Under the pieces are notes generated by a model. It saw only the letters and a program-made list of their open reading frames with translations. It did not search any database and was not told the origin of the DNA. A stretch of 64,000 nucleotides of DNA, taken from contig OZ025732.1 in the NCBI GenBank assembly GCA_964019335.1, positions 248,001-312,000 of the forward strand. The letters run 5' to 3'. This document shows, piece by piece, positions 22,040-31,833 of this stretch. A program made the translations under genes and the position numbers. This DNA is from Diplonema japonicum. Its lineage: Eukaryota > Protista > Euglenozoa: Diplonemea. Position 1 is the stretch's first letter. Every line of letters starts with the position of its first letter.

Positions 22040-23554
22040 CTTCTTTTTCTGCTTCTTCTTCTTTTACGCGAACAACGACGACTGTCCATCAGAGTCTGCT
22101 GTGGTCCGATGTCCCGGTGCACCAACGAGGTCGTGGGGGCATCACGAGAGGTCGCACGTCAAGCCCCGGATCACAACCGAGACGTGCACACAGCGCAACG
22201 ACCGCGTGTTTCCCTCGCACCCCAGAACGATTCTCACCCCTGGCCGGTCTGTCGGCTACAGACGACCTGTACTTGCCGGAGCTGACACAGCACAGCAGAG
22301 ACATGTACATGCTGGAGCCACCCGCGGATTTGACTGCTGCGACGGAACCTCCTCCTCCCCCACAGGGGGACATGTACATGCTGGAGCCACCACCCACAGA
22401 GTCGACGCAAACAGACGACGACCCCCATCCTCAGTCAGCGAGACCTGCCCCACGGGGGACCGATGAGGCACAGAAATCTGAAGGTGGTCATAGACCTGAC
22501 TGGCGACGACGACGACAAAGTCTCTGCCCCGACCTCGACCCCGCCATCGGAAACGGCGGAACCTGCGCCACGGACGGAGGAGCTGGAACTGGCATGCCTC
22601 ACTACCCACGACGGCGACGAAGCCCTGGCCCCACACTCAGCCCCAGCCCCGGCCCCGCCCCTCGCAAGCCACCACAAGAAGAAGCGAAAGGGAGGCGCAT
22701 GCCCGGACGTGTACCTTGGCCACGACACCAAGCTGGTAAGGACCAGCACAGATCGTGCACCAGAGCCACCTCTGCTCGTCAAATGGCGGTCCAAGAGCGC
22801 GAAGCGCGGGCAGTTGTGCGACGGACAAGCGGAGCCCGCAAAGAAGAAAGACCGATTGGACCTCCTCAGGGCGAACCGACGGTCGGGCAAGGCCGCCGTT
22901 CACGCCCTGGCTGAAGAACATCGAGCGGGTCTGGAAGATAAGCTCTCCCACACGAAACTGGCGACGGCCGGGATCGTCGAAGCGGAAGGGGAGTGGACGC
23001 CAGAAGCCATGATACGGGTCTGCAAACACGTGCTCGGCGAAGAGCCTAAAACCGCGAAGGAACTCGGGATTCACATGAATTTTGTCCGGTTCGCCCTCAT
23101 CCTGGACTTTGACAAGACGTGGATCATGGCCAGGTATGACTCGGAAGGCTGGAAGGCGAAGGGGGACGTCGAGAGACGGCAGCAGTTCACGCGGCACGGA
23201 GATATGAGAGCCTTGAAGGATCACTACTTCGTGGCCACTGACTGGCTGTTCTTCACCACGCTGCAGTGGCATAATGTGGGACAGCGCAAGAACCACGAAG
23301 ACCTTACGCAAGTAAGAGAGCTGGCCCGAGGGCAAAAAACCTCATTTCTCCTTGGAGATGAGAACATATATTATAGTGCGACATGATCAGACTGGAACGG
23401 CCGCCCCGGGGCATCCTCTGCTCAACCCGGCGGACGTGGGAGGCCCTTCTTCGGAAGGTGCCAGTCGCTTGATCAGTGTCGTCGAATGCGCGCTATATTT
23501 TATATTTTATAAGTACATATAACAATCGATTGAAAGAAGAAGAACGTTTACCAA
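22040..23554 (+). mobile_element. Family A element, copy 2, nested in the LINE RT; carries a 307-aa ORF (22463-23386) of unknown function
   Basis: Starts right after GVPQG and ends ...GAACGTTTACCAA, where the LINE resumes at EWG..LR.LY. Confidence 0.85.
23390..23466 (+). ncRNA. Conserved pseudoknot RNA motif (A-type), copy 2
   Basis: Identical to 7130-7206. Confidence 0.75.
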
Positions 23555-24965
23555 AGGAGTGGGGGAGTATGGCGTCCACCCTCAGGGCGCTGTATCTGAC
23601 GTACGCACTGCCAGTAGTGACATATGCGCTCGGGGTGTACGGACCAACGCTGATAAAGGGAGAGATCAAGAACCTGCAATTGGTGCACAACGAAGCGGCC
23701 AGATGTATCACCGGATGCAAGCGTTCAACCCCCGTCGAAGTTCTGCTGAGGGTAGCCCGGCTCTGGCCAATCGAAGACATGATAGGATATGAGACATCCA
23801 CATGGTACGAACGGTTCCAGAGGATGGAAGGCACCAGCGGGCACCAGGCAGCTCAAGGAGAAGGAAAGGAAGAGCGATCATGGCTACACGAGGCTCGAAA
23901 ACGAGAAAAAAGCCTGAAGATGGAGCAACACCCGCGAGCGCCGCTGCACAGAAAGGCAGCCATCCCACCGTGGGAGTGGAACACGCTGGAGAGGCTGGTC
24001 ATCGTGACAGAAGGCGAAGGGGTAAAGAGGCTGTAAGTAGCGAAACAAAAAACAGCAGCCCTTGAGGTAGTCGCAAAGCTACCGAAAGCCGACATCACTG
24101 TCTACACCGATGGGTCAGTCGAGGAAGGCAAGGGCGGTGCGGGTGTTGTGATAGAAAGAACAGAGGGAGCGACGGCCGAGATAAGCGCAGGCGTCGGCGA
24201 CCTATGCGACAGCTTCCAAGCAGAGATGTGCGCAATCAACACAGCGCTTGCGAGGCTCGTGAAGGAGGACACGCAAGGGATGCAGATCAACCTGCTGACA
24301 GACTCTGGCGTGTCTGCTGAAATTAAGACAAGGACCCGCAAGGCAACAAGAAGACGTGGTGGTCGAGGCATGGCACAACATACACGCGCTGACAACGAGA
24401 GGAAACCACCTCACATGCTGCTTTATCCCAGGCCACTGCGGGATAGAAGGAAACGAGAAGGCAGACCAACTCGCCAGCAACGGCAGAGACAAAGAAACAA
24501 CACAGAAGATAAGCATGGGTGCGGCAAAGAACCACCTAAGAAAAGCTGGGAAGCGGGGAATATTAGCAGATTGAACAAGGAAAAGACATACAATAAGTGG
24601 GCAGGAAACACAGAAGCACCAAAGAAGATGGAAGGGCTGAACAGGAAAGAGGAAGCTGAGACACATCCTTGTGGAGAACCCACGAAAAGCAATCCAATAC
24701 CTCGAAGACACCGGGGACCTGCCCCCCTCCGCAACAACTCCACAACAACCAACTAACCTGCCGAAGTAGCAAGCCAATCAGAAGGCGGCTGAGGCACTAA
24801 AGATTCATTCAGAATCCCGAGATCCCATCCCTGATCCCCAATCCTGTTTCTCGCAGAAACAGAGAGCACTACCAACCCCCCACCACAGCAGCCGACGAGA
24901 GAGACGCAGCAGTGAAAATAAAAAAGCCCCCCTGAACAAGTTTTCCCCCACCCCTATAACGTGAT

Positions 24966-25011
<46 letters not shown>

Positions 25012-25192
25012 ACTGAGGTCCTTTTACAAGACCTTACGGAAAACGCCTACTACTCCTCAACCGGCCCACCGGCCGAACCACCGGTCTGGCCCCCAGCCCG
25101 CTTATCGTCACGGATACCAACCTGCCTACGATAACCGCTGGGGCAAAGATCAAAACAGGTACGAGATCCGCAAGGACTTCTTCCTTAGCACA

Positions 25193-26590
25193 ATGGCAAA
25201 GGACCAAGTCAAGAAGTCGCGGGACATCTCCAAGCCTAGCCCGGTCAGCTGCAAACGAAACAACGGCAGCATTGACTGGGCCCTCTGGGAGTCTCTCAGC
25301 CAGGACGCAGCCGCCAAGTTCATGGCCAAGTACAGCCGCATCGTAAAGAACATGCGCCAAGGAAAGGCCCCCGAACAGGACGCAGCAGGTATCATCTACC
25401 TCGCTGTCGACAAACACGGTGAACCTGTGTACGCAGGGCAGACGTTTAACACCTTACGTCGTCGTATGCAGGGCCACTGGAGCAGCGCCAGATCGCACAG
25501 AGAGAACGCTGAAAGCAACGACACCCGCTTTCACAAGGCCCTCAGGGAAAACGGGGGCCCGTTATTCGCTTTCCCCGTCGAATCGATCAACCCCAAGTTC
25601 TTCGACGACGCCAAGTCCTTCCGTCGTGTTGCGATCCCCAGGGAGAACCAGTACATCAATAGGCTGGCTTGCTCCCTTAACATGCGTGGTAGGTTTGCTA
25701 AGACGCAGACCCGTCGCCGCCGCAACACGAAACGTAAACCTAAGACGGTACGCGAGCAGCAACAGCAGCGACACCAACACCAGGGGCGCTCGAATGCCAA
25801 ACAGGACCCCAGCAGCAACACTACTACGTCCCCTTCGAACCCCAACAACACCCCCACCAGATCTACTGCTCCCTCGATACGGCTGAACGACGACGGGGAG
25901 CTGTCGATCCAGGCTACTGGGTCCAACTACAAGTCCCTGTGTATGAAGATCACCGCGATGTGTGCACACCCCGATGTGCTGAACTACGACTTCACTACCT
26001 GGGCCCCCAAGACCGTCTTCAGGTACCTGAACTTCCTGAGACGTTACTTCGTCGGGAACTTCTTCACCGCCAAGATCGCGGCTATCGAACGAGGCCTCAC
26101 CAACCGCCTCAGCCCTGCCCTCTTGAAAAAGGTGGTCCGCCGAGACGAAGGCTTCGTGTGGTTCAAAACGAGTTTTGACCACAAGGCCAAGGAGATGATC
26201 CTCTGGCGTAAGGTCTTCGAGGACAAGGAGGTAATTGCGGCATGCCCCAAGCCAGCCCTCCTTCGCAGAGTACACATGTGCAACAAGCTTGGCCACAGTG
26301 TGCAATGTGACGAAGCTCAGCATCGAGACCCCGCGTCCAGAAGCGGCCGAGCCTACAACAAACTGCCCTGCTCGAAGCGCAAGACCTCACACACACATGA
26401 GGGACACGCCTGCGGACTAGCAGCAGAGGTCATCGATGACGACGAAGTGAAGGAGGTTCTGAACAGAGGCATGAAGTTCCGCCTCTCAACACACGCCCTC
26501 CTCTCTTCCCAAAGTCTCGAGGAGGACATCAACGGGTTCATCACTCAGAACTTTCCAGTCCACCCGTCGGGACACCGGACACGGGAGTGA
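25193..26590 (+). pseudogene. GIY-YIG endonuclease + linker of the PLE ORF, truncated before the RT
   Basis: Motifs as above. Homology ends shortly after GMKFR. Confidence 0.8.
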
Positions 26591-26941
26591 CACACCGATG
26601 CCGTCGTCTACCATGGGACACGCGACACTCCAACCAGTGGTCGGCTCCCAGATTGTGACAACGTCGGCTGTGGAGTCATCGCTCGCCCGAGCCGTGACAA
26701 CGCCCGTTCTGGCAGACGCCCCCCTCGGCGCCCGCCAGGTACAGCTCACTCCTTGCATCCAGTCCTTCCATGAGAACATCGGACTCGGGATGGATACGCC
26801 GATGGTTCCCGCCATGGGACACGCGACGCTTCAACCGGTGGTCAACGCCCAGAGAGACACGACGTTGACCCTGGAGCCGCCCGTGGCCCGAGCCGAGGCA
26901 GACGCTCCCCTAGACCCTCCCAGGCGGATGGTGGTTTAGAA

Positions 26942-28021
26942 ATGATCGACCTCACGCAGGACTCCCCGGACAGGCCCTCGCGCAAGAAGAAGCACGACGG
27001 CACTGCTCACGAGCACGAAAGCCGTCGTGGTAAGAGTTCCTCCACAGGCGATGGCGATCTTCTCATCCTGCGCGAGCAGTCACAGGGTTTTGATCAGGAA
27101 GCCCTCAACCGAAGGGCCCTCCAGAGACGGATGGATCGATACCTCAGTCTCTTGGTCTACTTCCGGCGACACCCGGAGCTCTTGGACGAACACCAGCGTC
27201 AGCTCCTGTCGGTCGGCCCCCTCCCGATGCACCTGGACACCTCTCCACATCAACTGCTGCTCGAGGCCCGTGACACGGATAGAACTGCCGACCAACAGGC
27301 AACCGTCGCCAACCAGGAACAGCTTCTTCTGATTGCGCACAAGGCGTTGCCTACCACCGAACGTCTTCGGTTGTCTCACGAATGGCACTCGGGGCTGAAC
27401 ACCGCGGTACAGCAACAGTGGTGGTCGGAGTTCTTCGCCCAAGGCGGCTGGAAACACCCACTCTTCGGTTCCGAGGCCCCAAGAGGTGACGAGACTAGGA
27501 CTCCAGGGAGGACCCCTCTCCTGCTCACCTACAACGGGGAGAGGAACAAACGCCCGGAACCCGAAGACGGCCCCGCCCTTCCCGCGGCCAAACGGGATCT
27601 CGCCGCGACGAGGCCGAACACCAGAGTCACTGGACTTGTCGCCCTTAAGAGGCTCACCAGGGAAGCAGACGTCGACGGCCCTGAGGACCTGGATGAGCTT
27701 CGACACCTGGGCTTCCTTTCCCAGGGCGAGGCCGTCTTTGACCTCAGCTGCATGTCCAGGGCTTGCACACACTTCCTGGGTGAGACCCCCATGGTCACGG
27801 TCCCCCTCGACACACGCGTCGCGATCCCGTGTCTGCTGGTCTGTTATGACTCGACGTGGCTCTACGCTTCCCGCCAGGGACAGGGCTTTCGGTTGCAGAC
27901 CCAAGGGTTCAAGGACAAGTCGTATCCGACTGTGGCAGCCCTACTCGCTGACTTCGTGGGGGCAGGGACCCTCTACTACAGCGAGTCACAGTGGTCGACT
28001 GTGCTGAACTCCTACAACTAG
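26942..28021 (+). CDS. Unknown accessory ORF within family B
   Basis: 359-aa open frame. The diverged copy at 42258-42565 keeps the same protein sequence in pieces. Confidence 0.5.
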   Translation: MIDLTQDSPDRPSRKKKHDGTAHEHESRRGKSSSTGDGDLLILREQSQGFDQEALNRRALQRRMDRYLSLLVYFRRHPELLDEHQRQLLSVGPLPMHLDTSPHQLLLEARDTDRTADQQATVANQEQLLLIAHKALPTTERLRLSHEWHSGLNTAVQQQWWSEFFAQGGWKHPLFGSEAPRGDETRTPGRTPLLLTYNGERNKRPEPEDGPALPAAKRDLAATRPNTRVTGLVALKRLTREADVDGPEDLDELRHLGFLSQGEAVFDLSCMSRACTHFLGETPMVTVPLDTRVAIPCLLVCYDSTWLYASRQGQGFRLQTQGFKDKSYPTVAALLADFVGAGTLYYSESQWSTVLNSYN

Positions 28022-28325
28022 GAACTACTGGAGACGACCCTACGCAATGTAGGAGTGCCGGCCCGGCGTGCTACGAGGGCGATAGGCTATGCAGGGTCTC
28101 ACAGACCTCGCACCCTATGATTTTAGTTTCCACCTTTTCCTTTTCCACTTCTTGTCTTTTAACTTAACCCTTCTGCTTTCCCAACATGGTTTCCGTCCCG
28201 GGTATGACGTTAAACTGCGTCCGCCGACGCATTTGGGTCAACATTCTCTGATGACCAAGCCGTCTTTTTCCGTTTCTTCTCCCCTTCTCTTTGTTATGTT
28301 ATTTTCATTATTCTTTCTGGCGATA

Positions 28326-28399
28326 GACTGATACGGGCCATGGAAGCAACCTCTGCTTAATTCCTGGTACGTGGGAGGCTCCTCTTGAGGATGTCAGTC
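28326..28399 (+). ncRNA. Conserved pseudoknot RNA motif (B-type), copy 1
   Basis: GACTGA/TCAGTC stem, GCA-ACCTC-TGC, GGGAGG, TCCTC/GAGGA hairpin. Confidence 0.75.
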
Positions 28400-28627
28400 A
28401 CCTTTTCCCTTTTTTACTCGACTCTCTGTTTTCGTATGCAGTATTTATTCTTTCCCACCCCTTTTTATCTATTTCTTCGCTTCTTCATCCTAACTTAAAA
28501 CCATTTCAGTTACCTCTTTACTATTTCTTTTTTTTATTTGGTAGTTACATTGTTCTCCCCCCCCCCCCCCCCCCTTCCCCTGACTCACACAGCCTATTAT
28601 TTCGTGTAAGAAAAGAACACTATAAAA

Positions 28628-29776
28628 ATGGAAACCCAACCGCTGGTTGCGAAGACTCCCACGCAGAACAGCTTCGCACGCATGATTTTCAACGTGGTGA
28701 GCATCAGCGTCATGATCATGTACCTTGGGTGCATTGCTGGTACTGTGGCATGCATCTTGTCCGGGTACTACATGCTGCTAATGCTCCCTATAGGAGGGCT
28801 CACCACCTTCTGGTGCTGCATGGTGGCCATGTGGATTAACCCCGAAGTCCGTGCCTGTGCAGGGGAGGCGGAGGATAAGGAGAGCAGCGAGGCCCTTGTA
28901 GCATCGTGGCAGAACACAGAGGCGGTAGTTGTAATGTGGATCAAATGCTACCACATGCGGACAGTGGCATATAGGAACTCCGATGGAAGCAGCGGCACTA
29001 CACAGCAGAGGGTGGACACGCACAGCGCCATTGCACCTGTCTACTATGACGCACAGGTGGACGAGAGCCCAGCCTTCACGGTACCCAACGAGAAGACGCT
29101 GGTGTCCTGCGATGTCGAGCTGAGCTTCGGGGACAGCACTACACTGCACTCTGTGGAGGACCAGTACCGCAGGTTCCTGGAGGCCAACACACAAGACACG
29201 CACCAGGACAGGGGCTTCGGGGTGGATCTTCCTGAGTTCAGGAGTTCACTGATGGTAAGGAACAGCAATGGTCTGGGGATGCGTAACCTGTACATGTTAT
29301 CCACAGCGCTTGGTGTCCTCCCTGTCGTGCACGCCTGTGTCTCTGGTGTCGTGAAGCGTGGTAACTACTCCGTGAAGAAGAAGCTCCTCATCAGCCGTGA
29401 GAGCCCCTACGCAGTACGCCCTGCTGAGGTTCCCACTGTGGGTGTTCCTTTGGAGAACTCGGCGTGGGCCCTGCCTTACGTCGTGCACTCAGGCCCGGTT
29501 AATCAGCAGCAGCAGCAGCAAGAGCAGCAGCAGCAGCAAGGACAGCAGCCGCAGTGGCAGCAGCCTCAGCAGCCTCCAATGGGTCAGCCAGTGCAGCAAG
29601 GACAGCAGCCGCAGTGGCAGCAGCAGCAGCAGCTGCAGCCAATGCAAGGACAGCAGCAGCAGCAGTGGCAGCAGCAGCAAGGACAGCAGCCGCAGTGGCA
29701 GCAGCCTCAGCAGCCTCCAATGGGTCAGCCAGTGCAGCAGCAGCAGCAGCAGCAGCAGCTCACTTATGGTTCGTAG
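28628..29776 (+). CDS. TMEM151-like membrane protein with polyQ/QP tail, paralogue 2
   Basis: Close paralogue of 8716-9825. Confidence 0.75.
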   Translation: METQPLVAKTPTQNSFARMIFNVVSISVMIMYLGCIAGTVACILSGYYMLLMLPIGGLTTFWCCMVAMWINPEVRACAGEAEDKESSEALVASWQNTEAVVVMWIKCYHMRTVAYRNSDGSSGTTQQRVDTHSAIAPVYYDAQVDESPAFTVPNEKTLVSCDVELSFGDSTTLHSVEDQYRRFLEANTQDTHQDRGFGVDLPEFRSSLMVRNSNGLGMRNLYMLSTALGVLPVVHACVSGVVKRGNYSVKKKLLISRESPYAVRPAEVPTVGVPLENSAWALPYVVHSGPVNQQQQQQEQQQQQGQQPQWQQPQQPPMGQPVQQGQQPQWQQQQQLQPMQGQQQQQWQQQQGQQPQWQQPQQPPMGQPVQQQQQQQQLTYGS

Positions 29777-29973
29777 GTCATAGGTTTTTCTTTGGGGTGG
29801 GAAAGAGGGGATTTCTCATTTATCACGCACACCCTTTTTTTTCTTTCTTACTTCAGAGAATGATTTTTATAACAGTATGCAACTGTGCCGAGCAAGAAAG
29901 CCTTCGCAGCTATTTTAATGGTTTTTTTTTTTACTCGTGCGAACGGGCTTTCTCGCCTTGCTACAAATAGCTT

Positions 29974-30291
29974 GCCGTCTACCTAGCAAGCTAATCAAAA
30001 GGCAGCAGGAAGAAAACAAATCAAGTGTAAACAAATAGAAAAAAAAAAAAAGAAAAAAAAAGAATCCCGAGGACTGGCAACCAAAGGAGAAAAAAAAAAG
30101 AAAAAAAAAAAAGAAAAGCCATTAGCCAACAGTGGAAAGAGAATACCCATGTCACAAAGGTGCTAGAACAATAACACAGGCCGACACGAAAGCACGAACG
30201 TCTCAACACACTTCCGTTGGCTCCACACAGCCCAGCTGGGTGGGGTCGGTCTGGCTAGACCAAGAGGAGGTGGAATTTAAAAAAAAAAAGA
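29974..30291 (+). repeat. 3' UTR + poly(A) of the second ingi-like LINE
   Basis: Matches 12677-13005 and ends GGAATTT(A)n. Confidence 0.8.
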
Positions 30292-30349
30292 AAAAAAGGT
30301 TTCTTCCATTTGATTATTGATTCTTGTTTTATTTTATTTATTCTGCCGC

Positions 30350-30901
30350 TCGCGGCAAAGAGCTTTTAGCAAGCTTCTTGTGGCTCGTGTGCACAAACTG
30401 AAGGCCGCCGTCATTGTATGGTATGTCGTCTTTGACTTGTCTAAACAAAGGGGGGAACCTTGGCAGCGTGTTTCGGGTTATCGAACCTCCTCTTTTCCCC
30501 CCACGCCACTGGGATTGTATCAGTGTTCTTTTTTTCTCGCAGAAGTACAGCAGAAAGCGAGGAGATTGCATGGACTGATGAAGAAGATCTGGCACACATG
30601 GGAGCTAGGGAGGGTACTGAAGAAGGTGAAAGGAAGGAGGGCCTTCCCTGCTGAGCCGTGCACAATGGTGCACACACGATCGGATGGAACAGGAGGTCAA
30701 TATTTGCATCACCGAAGACCAAGCATGACCTAGAGGCGTTGAAAGGACAATGGGCAAGAGAACGAAGAGAAAGAGCGGCCAGGCTGGGGAGAAGGCCGGC
30801 AAGACCACCAAAGGAGGAGAAACCGCTGCTGAAAGGGGATAGGTGCAGGTAGAAGATGAGAACAAGGGGGCGTCTCACAACGCCTTCCTTTAACTCATAT
30901 A
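30350..30901 (+). repeat. Longest copy of the family C retroelement 3' end
   Basis: Shares its terminus with the 3481, 8304 and 17648 copies. The 5' boundary is approximate. Confidence 0.7.
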
Positions 30902-31833
30902 TTTTTTTTCGTTTCAGGTCCTGAGAACGGCTCTAGTAAAAGGAAGGCAATAGAGCACACCAGTGTTCTTTCTCTTCCCCCCCCCCCCTTACAAATTGTT
31001 GTTTGTACAAAGAGGGAATATGCCTTTTATTTTTTTTCTTTTTAAGGTTTTTTGGTTGTTGTAGAGAATCAAAAGAAAACAATAGAATTGCTCAATAATT
31101 ACAGCTTTTTTTTTTTTTTTTCAATGATAGTTTTCCCCCATCTTCGATTTTCACCCTAATTACTCTGTGAATCCCACGGGGAGGGAAGGAGGGAGGGCGA
31201 CAGTTGGCCGGCACTGGTCACTCAGGATGTGCCTGCTAACGCAATGGAGATAAACTTCTCGTTTCCTTAAAGTTTTTTCTTCTTCCTCCCTGCTGTGCGT
31301 ACAACAACAGTCAGCTGACTCTTTTTTCCTTTCCTGTTATCCGTGGAAAGAAGAGCATATCGCAGAAGCCTTTGTCTATTCTTTTGAAAGGTGTGGGGCG
31401 CCACCGAACACTGGCGTCTTTATCTCTTTTATAAACCCCCTGCCCTTGCCTTCTGGGAGCACCTTTAATTCTCTTTTCTAGTATTTTCTTCTTCCTTCAA
31501 AGACACCTTTTTATTTCTTCATATTCGGTTCGAGTCGGCCACCAGCACCGCGAGACTGCCAAGGAGTTCGTCGGCATCACGTCCTGCAACACTCCCTTGC
31601 ATTGCACGAGTTTGCCCAATGCGCGCTATATTTTCATGCCGCCGTCGTGTTCTCTTAGAGTCCTTGCTTTAGCGCAGTTTTCCTCAGTTACCTAGGCAGT
31701 CCTGCTATACCTAAGCAGGATATTCTGCTCGTCGTGGGTCGTGGTATTCTGGGAGAGGTTGACTTTCTCATGCGGCTTTGTAAAAAGAACGAAAAGGAAG
31801 GGGGGGGGAGAAAGAAAGAAAAAAAAAGGAAAG

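Larger units (their letters stand above)
19057..25007 (+). mobile_element. Decayed ingi-clade non-LTR retrotransposon (Q-rich leader, APE, RT, RNase H, poly(A))
   Basis: APE: TFNC, LQE, GGGVAI, NIYRPP, GDIN.H, SDH. RT: YRPI.LTS, QAGF, LDFEKAFD, GVPQG. RNase H: YTDGS, AE, TDS, IPGH.GIEGNEKAD. A39 at 24969-25007. Decayed TSD GGATGCTGG (19048-19056) / GGATACTGA (25008-25016). Confidence 0.9.
25020..28512 (+). mobile_element. Penelope-like element with N-terminal GIY-YIG endonuclease (Naiad/Chlamys type), RT deleted (family B)
   Basis: GIIYL...YAGQT...RRRMQGH...E..YI...LN. A CPC motif is recoverable by frameshift correction at 26364-26371, followed by GH...LNRGMKFR. No poly(A). The 3' part is repeated at 42258-43059. 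Confidence 0.75.

Noticed and set aside
20491-22914. 807-aa ORF as one protein; likewise ORFs 18641-19567 and 23476-24036
   Set aside because: Chimeric read-through across insertion junctions.
22463-23466. Fanzor/TnpB + omega-RNA interpretation of an ORF followed by a structured RNA
   Set aside because: No RuvC or zinc-finger motifs; the insertions show retrotransposon-type truncation and TSDs.
31525-31545. GGTTCGAGTC B-box/tRNA T-loop
   Set aside because: No T-stem or cloverleaf; no tRNA or rRNA was recognised in the window.
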